From Adineta vaga (Eukaryota > Animalia > Rotifera), in contig CP075496.1 of the NCBI GenBank assembly GCA_021613535.1, forward strand, positions 4,092,001-4,156,000: DNA of 64,000 nucleotides, in the 5' to 3' direction. The notes under the pieces were generated by a model. The model saw only the letters and a program-made list of their open reading frames with translations, searched no databases and was not told the origin of the DNA. Positions 39,843-52,301 of the stretch are shown one piece after another. Each line of letters begins with the position of its first letter. The stretch's first letter is position 1. The position numbers and the translations under genes were made by a program.

Positions 39843-42181
39843 TTATTCTTGTACAGATGAATCTTCACCACTATCGAGATGAATATCATGATCCTGATCA
39901 TCATCATCTTCGTAGAATTGCTGAATTAATAATCTTCGTAATGTTGTTGGACGTCGTTCTGGTAAAACATCTGGTGTTTTTACTAATACTACTTTCGGAT
40001 CCAATGAAGAGTAGATTTTTGAATCGATTGATTCATCAAATGAATGTGTCCAACGTACATGTGCACGATATGTATCCCACTGAAAAAGAAAGAATAACAT
40101 TAAAAGTCTTTTTATTTGCATTTTCTCTATCTCAGTAACCTATTCTTTACACCTTTCTATTTTTGTTATTTACTATGATAATATCTCGAGTAGTTATTCA
40201 AATCATTCTCTCTGGTTTTCTTGCTGTTCTGTAATTTCTTATCAGTTATATTTTCAATATTCGAAAAGGTTAATGAGACTATTACCGATGTTGAAATAAT
40301 ATAATTATCATATGGATGCCAGGATATATCTCGAACACATCGATCACGACTATTATTTGAATTATGACTCACACGAAGACATAATTCAACAACACCAGTA
40401 AGAACATCATAAACTAAAGAAAATCGTTTGATGAATGGAAATAAAAATTGAAGAATACAAACTGCGAATGCAACCATCGGAAGACCCAGTAATAATATAT
40501 TTTTGTCCAGTTGTGAATGATGGTGAAAAATAACAACGTATTAATGTAAAACTAACAGAATGACCACGATATGTTTGAACACTTGGATCACCTGGTATAT
40601 CAATTGGTTTCGCTAATTGAAAAAGAAACAAATTATTTTTCGTTAGAATGAATAAAATGGTAAAAATTTAGTTTTACGTCGTGGTCCATAAGCATCGTAT
40701 CGATAATCCCAGCCATTATCATGATTTGCTATAGCACGACTTTTTCTATAGTTGCTTCGTTTGAAAAACGACGCATATCCCATAATTTAATACTTTGATC
40801 TTTACTATTCGATATTAAATATCTTGTATCCATCTAAGAATAACAAAATAAACTGGTTAGAAACTAAAATCATATTCTATATTAAATAAACTGACTCGAC
40901 TATCAAGAAAAGTAATTCCTCTTGTATGACCAGCAAAGACACCGACAGGTTTAGGTTGGGATTCATTCAATGCTCGTCGATCCCAAACTAAAACAAGATT
41001 ATCATCCGAACCACTAACTACTAATGAATTGGAATTATCAATAAAACGAACAGCATTAATATCGTCTCCATGTGCTTGAACCTAATGTATATGAAAGAGA
41101 ATATTCAAATTTATCTTCTAACTTCTTATATGGTAAACATTTACACGTAATGTTCGTTTTTGTTTTTCAAGATCATAAATATATACACAAGTATCATTTG
41201 AACCACCGATTATTTCTGATCCATCAGCAGAATATTGAAGAGAAAATATAGAAAAACTATGTACTTGTGGATATAAATGCAATGGAATAATAGTGGATTC
41301 TTGTTGATCTTCATTTAATTTGACCAAATAGACTTGAAAGAAATAGAAGAGATACAAAAGTCTTGACTTGATTCGTTGTTTAACTTACTGCAATCCGACC
41401 ATGTCGAATAAGCAACATGATTTCGATTGGGTGATAGAGCTGTATCTAATATTGCCCAACCGACTTCATCCACGGGATGTTCGATTAAACGTCGAAACGT
41501 TTTTGATGATGTGGTGTCAAAAACGCGCAGACAATTATCTAGAAAATAGGATCGAATAAGGAAGATTAAATTATATAACTGAATCGAACCTTGACAGGCA
41601 CTTAGAAATCGTTGTCCATCTTCAGAAAATTGTCCACAAAATGATGATCTTCCCATTGATGCAACTACTTCACCGTCATTTGGCAATAATCCAAAAAGGA
41701 AAAGATGCAAACGGAGAAAGAAAAATTCAATATCTAAGAATCTAATACCTGTCCATCAATTGATGTCGTGCAGTTGGATAGCGATGAAAATTGATTAGAC
41801 CAGTTTCACGCTAGAAAGTGATTCTATTATTTAGAAAATATTTTCTATAAAGAATTTAGATTTTCTAACCTGTTTTAAGACCGATATTAAATTTTTTCTC
41901 TCAGCTATTTTTTTCGAATATGTTTTATTAAAACATTTGACGGGATGAACATATGTTGAATATAAGTCACGTAAAGCTTCGGTCTAAGTTGAATAAGAGA
42001 TTCAAATATAGTCATAAGAAAGATTTTACTTGTTCAATAGATTTCGATTGAACATCATTTGCAGAAGATTCAGTGGCAGTGGAAGATATTGGTTCTAAAA
42101 TCGTTCAAATCGATAGTTTTTACTTTATCAACATTTTGCTTCAATACCTCTAGAGAAGAATTGAATTAAATTTCGATACAT
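39843..42181 (-). CDS. DCAF11: DDB1- and CUL4-associated factor 11 (WDR23)
   Basis: Multi-exon WD40 gene: FCGQFSEDG...SACQD, VGWAILDTALSP, AHGDDINAV, SGSDD..VLVWDRR, SNSKDQSIKLWDMRRF, WDYR, PGDPSVQTYRGH..TLIRCYFSP..TGQKYI, VRDISWHP. Confidence 0.9.
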
Positions 42182-43145
42182 GATTGAAAACTTTATATAA
42201 AATCAGTTGGAATCTCAATTCCACTAGTTGTGTTTTCTCTTTTCAATCCTGATGATTCATTCGCTAACGTAAATGAGTCATCAAACTACTTCAACAACGA
42301 ATCTCTTGTTTTGAATGTTTATATTAGCTTATATTGAAGTGACCTTAATATCTCATTCCATAACTAAATTGATTATGACGAAATATTGTAGTATATTGTA
42401 TAACAATCGAATTCTTTCGATCGTCACTACTCCTTAGTTCCATTAACTAGTGTCATCTAGAAATGATGCTTTCAGAAACAGATTTAGGTGTTACTGTTTT
42501 GCATGTCTTATGAACTTTGAGTGTATCTGATAGATCTTACGTAGATTAAGATGTATGGTTACACTAAAAAAAGAGTTGGTTGCATAATACGTTTCTATTC
42601 AAAAGTATTATTAAGTCCAGTGTGAAGAACTAAGTAAATAGATCAGCAATGAAATCAAAAATGGTATGCGAACTTTTCTTCAAAGTATTTCCATCAAAAG
42701 ATCCATGTATTAAAGCATGGCATAGCATTGTTTAGATACTGAATAGGAGATTGTAAAGTAGCAAAAAGTTTCCTTTCCAAAGAACGATATCAATGTTATA
42801 TTGCTACATAATTGGTTCTGTACGACATCTAAATGGAAAAAAAACATTTTTATTTATTGTTTTTTCCTATAGAGTACGCTAGTTAATATTTCAGTCCTCT
42901 CTCATTTATTCATTGACGTCTTTGATTGGATGCATAGTTTATCGATTGGAACATACAATGTTGTTTTTTCTTCATTTTACAGATCTTTATCGAAAAATCA
43001 TGTAGTATTAATCCATAATCATATCTTCATTTGCACTTACCGATTCGATTGAAAACTATCGAAATAGATTGGCAAATTTCTTATGATTTGATTTGTAAAG
43101 AAATTTGTTTGTTTTCTAGATTCACCTCATTGGACTCTTATCATC

Positions 43146-43941
43146 ATGAAGTTGAACATCGCTTATCCAGTATCAGGCTGTCAAAAGCTTCTTGATATCG
43201 ATGATGATCGTAAATTACGTCCATTCATGGAAAAACGTATTGCTCAAGAAGTCGATGCCAGTTGTTTGGGCAATGAATGGAAAGGTTATACATTACGTAT
43301 AACTGGTGGAAACGATAAACAAGGTTTTCCAATGATGCAAGGTGTCTTAACAAATCAACGTGTACGTTTACTTCTCGATAAACGTCATAAATGTTATCGT
43401 CAACGACGAAAGGGTGAACGTAAACGTAAATCCGTTCGTGGTTGTGTTGTTGATGGAAATTTATCCGTCATAGCTTGTGTTGTCACAAAACGTGGTGAAC
43501 AAGAAATTGAAGGTTTAACCAACAAAACAATTCCACGTCGTCTTGGACCCAAACGTGCGAATCATATTCGTAAATTATTTAATTTAAGCAAAGAAGATGA
43601 TGTACGTAAATATGTTGTTAAACGACCATTAACAAAAGAAAGCAAAAAACCACGTGTTAAAGCACCAAAAATTCAACGTTTAATTACACCAAGACGTGTT
43701 CAACGTAAACGACATTTATTATCATTGAAAAAACGACGTGCTGAAAAACAACGTGTACTTCAAAATGAGTAAGTCAAAATCAAATCATTCTTTTTGTTTT
43801 TCTAATTCAAAGATATTCATTGGAAATTTCTTTTCTAGATATGCTAAATTACTTCAACAATACGCCAAGGAAAAACGTGAACGAAAACGTAGTGAATCAA
43901 AACGTCGTTCATCAACACGATTATCCGAATCGAAAGCATAA
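43146..43941 (+). CDS. RPS6: 40S ribosomal protein S6 (eS6)
   Basis: [14 protein letters not shown]...[16 protein letters not shown]...PRRLGPKRA...[11 protein letters not shown]. Exons 43146-43768 and 43839-43941. C-terminal RRSST phosphorylation region. Confidence 0.99.
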
Positions 43942-46217
43942 ATTAAGAACATTTAGAAGAATAATTATCAAAGACAACTGGAAACATGAAAATATACGAA
44001 AGAGAAAAATTGTTTTAGTTGTCTTTTTTATGTCATCAACGTTTTTCAAATAATGTTTTTCATCAAATAAACATATGATGACAAAGAAAACGTTTTTACT
44101 TTCTTAAAAAACGAAGTCTCTTCGAGAACAAGAGTTCATCTAACTTTGATAATCTCTATTTAACTCATCCATTTTATTCTGCATCAAATCGACTAATCGA
44201 TATTTCAATCGCTTAGTTATCATAATAAATGCATCTACTTCTTCTCTACTTATCAATACATGATTTCAATCAGTTAGTCGGTTTCAGCATTTAAACTTCA
44301 TTTCAAACGAAGAACCAGTTTTCTTTGGATTTATTCATGAAAAAGTCGTAAACATCTACAAACAACTAAGCTGCAGTACGAGTCTAATTCAGCGTTAATT
44401 GATCAATTGAAATTTTCTATCATGTGAAGTTAGACGTAGATAGCAGTCTGTTTTACATATTCATTCTAAATTTGTAGTTTAATCATTACTCACGCCGTTA
44501 ACTACATTGTTGTCCTCATATTCGTCCTCGTCGTTTTGCATGGAAATGCGTTTTATGTTCGTCAACAGAACATCAATGAGAATTACTATTTCGATGAATT
44601 GGTCTTGTAACAATGTAAAAAACATTACAATTCGTTTATTAGTCATCTAGTTTATGAGAAAAAAAAGATAAAAACGAAGAATTCATGTTGTTCTTCATTT
44701 CTATTAATCACATTATTGTTTCATATATTCCTGTCATATTCCTAATGAAAAAAATCACAGGATTTCTCTCGTCATTAATTCAAAAACACATAATAATAAC
44801 TGTTGTCAGTTGGATATAATGACAAAATCTCGAAAATTTATTAAAGATACTATAGTAACGTTAGAAATACTTATATCAAAGCAGTATAACTGTAATTTGT
44901 TAGATAATAGTTTATTTCACTGAGAAAATTCAACGCAATTTATCGATTGAATAAAAATTTTTAAGCTTTTTGTTGTTACTAATATTGTTAACCTTTAAGT
45001 AAATTTTTGAGGGTATGGGTGAGGTTGGAGGTGTGTTTGTGGGTGACAGAATCATAGACATACTCACCATCAAATAAATTCTGTATAATTTTTTCGAGAT
45101 TTTGTTAGTAATTCTCAACAATATTCAGAATTAAAGATATGCTATAAAGAACTATTGATTTTTATTGAGAGAAAAAAATTGATTTTTAGTTTCATTCTTA
45201 AAGTAGTCTTTATGTCGTCGGCAATCCTCTGATTCACTTGAAAACATTGTAATCATACTATATAATATTAAAAAAAGAGAAGAATCTATTTTCGATGTGA
45301 ATTAAGAAAAATCAACAGACATCCTCTCTTGTCAGTTTTTTCCTTATCAGTCAAAGTAAGCAGTCCCTAAATCGAAGTCGAAAAGTTCGGTACACATGAT
45401 CTTTAATGTATTTTTCGGTCAAAGATATAGACGTTTGTAGTGCATGAAATAGAAAACATACTTTTATTTATGCAATGCAAATAAGCATTTATTTTTCTTG
45501 CATAGAAGAAGAAAAAAATCTCCTCGTGTTTCTTTTTCCAACGACGTAAAATATTTCTATGTACTTATACCATTCAAAACGATAACGAAGTACATTGACC
45601 CTTTGCTATCATGATCGCTAGTATGAAGTCAGACCGATAATAATTCCTTAGTTGTTTTGCTTGTTTCGATATTTTTTCCCACCTCTTTTCATCGTTGAAA
45701 ATATTAGAGAAACTTAAGATGTACGATATTCGAAAGTAAAAATAAAATTATGTTTAATGCGTTAGAAGATTGGCAATGTACATCATCATGCTCTGTGAAA
45801 TGAGCCTGATGCTCTTTCGATACTACAATATCGTTGCTCTTTAGAGTATGCGGCATCCAAACGATTGCATTTTTGACTACTTTCGCCGTCGAGAATGTGT
45901 TTCTAAATATATTTATGTAGCTCTCTCGATATATATCCAACGTGTGCGAAAGCAAGAATGCAATGCATAACCTCATATGGCGCATTCATTTTTCTTCTTT
46001 GTTCTTTGTCGTTCTGCACTACGATCGCCTGTGCTATTGCTCGCAAGGCAAAAGTACGAACACTGCACCAGTCATCTACCTCTTTTCATTCTCTTTCTCT
46101 CTCTGTCTCTCTCATTCGTGTAATAAAAGAAGTAGTCTATATAAGTACGTGAACAAATCCAATATATAGAATGTTTTATAGAGTTTATCAAATTTGAATA
46201 AATCAAGAACTTTGACA

Positions 46218-48890
46218 ATGCTATCAACATCAAGATACATCTATGGCAAAACAACAACTCATCGTCTAGGTCTATGGTATAAAAATACAACCGGTAAATA
46301 TGTTTACTCGTATATGCACTGTAGTAAATGATGCGTGAAATACACTTTTCCATAGGCGTTTGTGCATTTACTATTATTTTTAAAATTTATTTAAGACATC
46401 CTTCGACCAGCTTCACTGCTCAATACATTCTCGACATTTCATACGCCGTTAACTTCTTCATCGTTACGAATTAATTCTACTAATTGCAATGGAATACATA
46501 TTGCACCTGCACCTACATCAATATTATTATCTTCAACAAATGGTTTTCAATCAAAACCTATGATTACAACTTCCTATCGTTCATTATCAACCGTTTCGAC
46601 ATGGAATGAATCGTCATTACCTGATAGAATTGAATCATTAGATGAATACAGAGCATTGTATGAATTATCTACGAAAGATCCTGAACGATTTTGGAAAATG
46701 GCCGCTGAACGTTTAGATTGGTATCGTTTTCCTACAAAAATCAAAAATACAGAATTTGATTATCGTACAGATCGTGGTGTTGATATTAAATGGTATGAAG
46801 ATGGAATATTAAATGTTTGTTATAATTGTCTTGATCGTCATATTGAACATGATCATAGTATTGCCCAACAAGTTGCACTTATATTCGAACCAGATACACC
46901 AACAGAATCTCGACATCATGTTACTTACGGTGAACTTTTACGTGATGTGAAAAAATTCGCTAATGTATTGAAAAAACATGGAGTTAAAAAAGGTGATCGT
47001 GTTACTGTTTATATGCCCATGGTTGTAGAAACATGTATAGCATTACTTGCATGCGCACGTATTGGTGCTATTCATTCAGTTGTATTTGGAGGTTTTAGTG
47101 CAAATAATGTGGCTGAACGTATCTCCGATTGTGATTCAAATATTGTTATTACAAGTGATTTTGGTGTTCGTGGTGGAAAATGTTCACCATTGAAAAATAA
47201 AATAGATCAAGCTTTAAAATCGAAACAATGTAGTCGTGTAAAAACTGTTTTAGTATTCGAAAGAAATCATGGTATGCCCGAAATGAAAGATGATTGTTCG
47301 AATTTACGTGGAACACTTGAATGGAAAGAAGGAAGAGATTTTTGGGTACACGAAGAAATGGAAAAAGTTTCGGAAAATTGTGAACCAGAAAGAATGAATG
47401 CCGAAGATCCATTATTTGTTGTAAGTAGATAGTAAAATAAATACTCGAAAGACAGAATTTGTTTTCTTTTCTTTTTTTCCCTAGCTTTATACAAGTGGTT
47501 CAACAGGAAAACCAAAAGGTATTGTTCATACGACAGGTGGTTATTTAGTATATACAAATTTAACATTTAAATATGTATTTGATTATACTCCGGGTGATGT
47601 TTATATGTGTACTGCAGATGTTGGTTGGATTACAGGACATTCATGTAAGTAATGAATATTAATTAGAATTAAGGAGAAATCTCATTGATATATTCAGATG
47701 TTCTTTACGGTCCATTGTCGAATCGAGCAGCAACTGTTATTTATGAAGGAGTACCAACATATCCAGATGTATCACGTTTTTGGAATATAATTGATAAACA
47801 TCAAGTTAATATATTCTATACAGCACCAACAGCAATTCGATCCTTGATGGCACATGATGATGAATATGTGACGAAGACAAGTCGACAATCATTAAAAGTT
47901 CTTGGTTCAGTTGGTGAACCTATTAATCCTGAAGCATGGGAGTGGTATCATACTGTTGTGGGTAAGATGAAACTTGATTTCATTGATTTTAATCAATGAT
48001 TTTCATTATAGGTGAAAAACGATGTCCAATTATCGATTCATGGTGGCAAGTAAAGTGGATAATGTCTATTCGATTGTTTTATCTATACGTTAGTTTTTTT
48101 TCCTACATTATTCTAGACAGAAACAGGTGGTATGATGATTGCACCGATGGCAAATGCTTGGGAATTAGAACCAGGTTCGGCAACACTTCCATTTTTTGGT
48201 GTTAAAACACAATTATTTGATAAATCAACGAAAAAACCATTAAAACCACCAAATACAGGTGAATTATGTATTGCTGATTCATGGCCAGGTCAAGCACGTA
48301 CTCTCTATGGTAATCATGAACGTTTTGTCGAAGTTTATTTTAAACAATATCCAAACTATTATTTTACTGGTGATGGCTGTGAAATAAAACAAAATGGATA
48401 TCATCACATAACTGGTCGAGTGGTTCGTAGATACATCTCAATAGAAAAGCCAAATCTAAATTTCTGTTTCTATTCTGCATAGGATGATGTTCTTGTTATT
48501 AGTGGTCATAATATTGGTACAGCTGAAGTCGAAGCAGCTCTTGATCATCATCATGGTATCTCAGAATCTGCTGTTGTTGGCTATCCAGATCCAAAGAAAA
48601 ATCAAGGAATGTATTGTTTTGTAACATTAAAAGATCATGTTAAAGAAAGTGAAGAACTTCGAAAAGAATTAATCAAACTTGTACGAGACACCATCGGTGC
48701 ACATGTACATCCAGATATAATACATTTCACACCAAATCTACCGAAAACACGCAGTGGAAAAATTATGCGACGTATTCTACGTAAAATTGTTGAACCTGAT
48801 ATCAGTAATCTTGGTGATATATCGACATTAACTGATCCAAGTGTTGTCGACGAAATTATTAAAAAATCTCCACGAACAAAACGTTCGTGA
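46218..48890 (+). CDS. acs: Acetyl-CoA synthetase (AMP-forming) with a Ser/Thr/Arg-rich N-terminal extension
   Basis: [39 protein letters not shown] and [16 protein letters not shown]. Exon 1 (46218-46293) splices in frame into the exon containing Met 46560. Confidence 0.95.
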
Positions 48891-49263
48891 GAGAAATAAA
48901 CAAAAGAACTTAAAAGACATTTTGTTTTTGTAAAGTTTTCTCGTTTTGATTTTTTTAGTATAGTTAAACTTTCTCTATAGTTTCAAAGATTTTATCGGTA
49001 TCTGAATTCTTCTCAACTAGAAGACTAATGTTCATATTCACTGTCTAACATTTACTTTGCAATTCAATTGTTATTTTAACATATTAGATAGATAAATCGA
49101 ACTTTAATCCGATCATTTATCCATATTACTTTTATGAAAACGAAGAGGAAGAAGAATAAAACACAAATTACTGTCAAATACCGATAGACTTGCATAAATT
49201 ATCCAAAATGAATAAAAACTGGAATTCAAGAAAGAGATTATACAAAATAAGAGATAGATGAGA

Positions 49264-50145
49264 TCACGGTAATTTTGTCAAATGATTCGTTCGAAAAAGT
49301 TCTTGTGTTGTACGTTCTATGATATTACACGATTGTATTATTTCATTACAAAAAACATCAATTTCTTCAGCCGTACGTTTTCGAAGTAATTTATCGACAA
49401 GATCTTGTCGACTTGGAAGAGTTAATTTGAGAGCAGCATGAATTCTAGGAAGAAAAAAAAAAAGTATTTTTTTATTATTCATTTGAAAGCTATCGACATT
49501 ATCACATACGTATATCGAACAGGCCATAGATGGAAGCGTGCCATTGTTGCTGAATAAGCAGTCCAGGCAATCGATGCTGAGCTGGCATCATCTGGTGCCG
49601 TTCGCATTTCAGTTAGAAAAGCAGAGATAAAAGCTAATGCTCGATGTAGTCGCAATAATGTTCGTGATCCATTTGGTAATGGTTTACCAGATGGAAGGAA
49701 AAAAGGCGTGTCTCGTGTTTGAATACGACCGGATTCGATTTCATATGTAATCATTGATTGAATTGAATAATAATTAACCGGATCAAGACGTTCAAGTTCT
49801 CTGAGAACATTTAATTTTATGGATAAATCATTTGTTGCCCATTCAAAAATCGTTCCAAGCGAAGAAACAAATCTGTAGAAAAAAATTTGAAATGAAATTT
49901 TCTGCTTTCTTCCAAGCAATATCATCTTACGTGCATAATTCTTCATAAGCACGAACATATTCACAAAGAACAAGTGTATGATCTGGTTTTACGCAATTAA
50001 CAAATGCATCACGAAGTATTTTCAAATCAAATTGGCGTGTTGTTGTTGTTGTTGTTGTTTGTTTTGAAACTTCAGGTGTATTCATGAATGAATCAGTTGG
50101 TGTAATTGTATTTGTAGTTATTTGTGTTTCTGGAGCAGATGACAT
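49264..50145 (-). CDS. CPTP: Ceramide-1-phosphate transfer protein (GLTP fold, GLTPD1-like)
   Basis: Three exons give FVSSLGTIFEWATNDLSIKL, GSRTLLRLHRAL, YSATMARFHLWPVR and LTLPSRQDL. Confidence 0.82.
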
Positions 50146-50279
50146 GGCTATTTCGTGTAATATCACAGTTAGATCTTCTGTTCGAAAATGTAATTATCTG
50201 AAAATATATGAAAAAATAATACATATATATATATAAGAATAATTTGAAATTATTTAAAACAAAACAAATAGATGTTATT

Positions 50280-51733
50280 TTAAAACTCATCATCCATCGG
50301 ATCACAAGCATCAAAAGAAAGACTGGAATGTACATCGACACTATCATCGAATGAATTTGTTAATGGAAAATCGAAATATTCCGTTATTTGTACCGATGGT
50401 TTATTGACTAAGAATGATGCATGGATATGATTCGTCGAAGATTCATCCAAACTAAGAGCAGAAAAAAATGTATATATATATATATCAAATAACATATACT
50501 TTTATTCATTTGACGACATAATGATTCATAAAATGAGTTTTTCTTTCTTTCTTCTTAGTATATTGATAGTTATCAAAATGAATCATTGATATTGAGAGAA
50601 AAATAACATGATACTCGTAGACGTCAGACAAGATGACTGTAAATGAAATTGGATAACTAAGAAGCAGAAAACAGTTTTGTCTGACATACATATATCGTGT
50701 TTATTCGATGAAAAGGCACACAATATGCTCTCCAAAGTTAACTTGTCATCTATAACTTTACTAGTAGGAAAATCTAGTATGGTCTCTATTTAACTTACAC
50801 TGGAGTGCTTGGTTCGAGGATAAAACAATCTGATTGAGAAAATCGAAGTGGTGAATCATTTTGTAATTCGACAACGGTTAGATTATTGTTATATCTTACA
50901 GATTGTGAATAACTCCTACAAAAAAAAACACTTTGTTGAATAAAAATGAAATTTTTTTTCATCTTCGAACCTTTTCATTCGTAGAGGTCGTCGATTCGTA
51001 GTATCACATGGTTCTTCAACTGTATATGGTAGAGGTAGAAATGGCTTTTTGAATAGATGATCGTCATTTTTTTTTGTTTTGATTTCAATCGTTTCTATAG
51101 GTTTTAAGGTTTCTTTTTCATCTTTTTGCTCTTCACTTTTCATTACGACACTTGTATTATTCAATTGCGTAGGATGAATAGGCATATATGGAACAATTTG
51201 CATAGAAAATCTTCTTCTAAAACCAAACGTATTAAGAAAATCACGTTTTTTCTTTGCCTTTGAATTCAAATTACCGTTCCAAATCATACATTTTGTTAAA
51301 AAATTCGCCTTGGAAATCATCTTTTTTCAAATTATCTTTGAACAATCGATGTAATTCATATTGTGTCTCCATTGATGATCGATTATCTTCATTAGTAATT
51401 TGTTTTTCCCTTACAAAAAACAGAAGAAATAGTCAATTCAATGAACAGAAGAAAAAAACAACTCCTTTCTTACTGATCTGTTTGTATTGTCGGATTTTCT
51501 ACAGATATTTGTAATGAAAGTGTACGCATATTTTGAATAAGTTTTTCTTCCGTGAGAAATACTTTACGTTGAGACCTAAGTCGTAAACAAAATTTTAAGT
51601 CCGAAAAGACGTTGTTTTCTTTTCTTACTCTTCGTCCAAATCACTTGCATGTACTTTACGCTTTCGACTACCATTATTTGACAAGAAATAAGAGGTACTT
51701 GAGGAGAAACTACGACAGTTATTCAAACAAACA
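50280..51733 (-). CDS. Small protein resembling HCFC1R1/HPIP or CCDC117
   Basis: Spliced reconstruction contains RKRK...RKVFLTEEKLIQNMRTLSL (compare HPIP RKQFLSEENMATHFSQLSL) and MQIVPYMP. The start is uncertain, with a possible 1-nt deletion near 51729. Confidence 0.45.
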
Positions 51734-51919
51734 TTTCAATTTTCAAAAAAAAAAATAAACTTTTTTCTTTCTTTTTACTCGGAAATATCTGATGTAATTA
51801 GTGACGTCGAATGCATTAGAAATAAATCTGAAAAATAAATTATATATTCAGAAAGAAAAAAACAACATTTTTTCAATATGATCAATCGGTATATAACCTT
51901 TCTTTCTTACTTAGTAGCA

Positions 51920-51943
51920 CGCACACACACACACACACACACA
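51920..51943. repeat. (CA)n microsatellite
   Basis: CACACACA run between the divergently oriented HPIP-like and RBR genes. Confidence 0.8.
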
Positions 51944-52301
51944 TGTATTTATACTTGTCATATTCTATTCATCAATATTTTTCTTTTGACAGAGGGCGGA
52001 ATAGGACGGACGGATGGAAACTTTGCTTTCTACACAATATGAACTCAGACATAGATACAAAGTTAATATTATCTTTTTACAGATTGATTTAACAAGAAAA
52101 AACATTACCCTCGGAGATATTATCTCGAATCAATATACTATGTTATCTACTTGTAAAAACTGAGTTTCAACAATCTTGCGCAAGATTGAGTCATTCTTGC
52201 ATTAAAATAAAATTGTCAAAAGTATATATACATGCAAATATACCATTTCGTTTTAGTAAATTTTTTGAAAAGTAGAATAGTTTATTTTAATTTTAAATTC
52301 A

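Noticed and set aside
44490-44640. Possible decayed zinc-finger coding relic (WKCVLC...)
   Set aside because: Multiple stops and no family I can support.
1781-50145. Lipid-metabolism gene cluster (APP1, PEX11, ERG4, NSMAF, ACS, CPTP)
   Set aside because: The genes are scattered among unrelated ones and belong to different pathways; there is no evidence of co-regulation.
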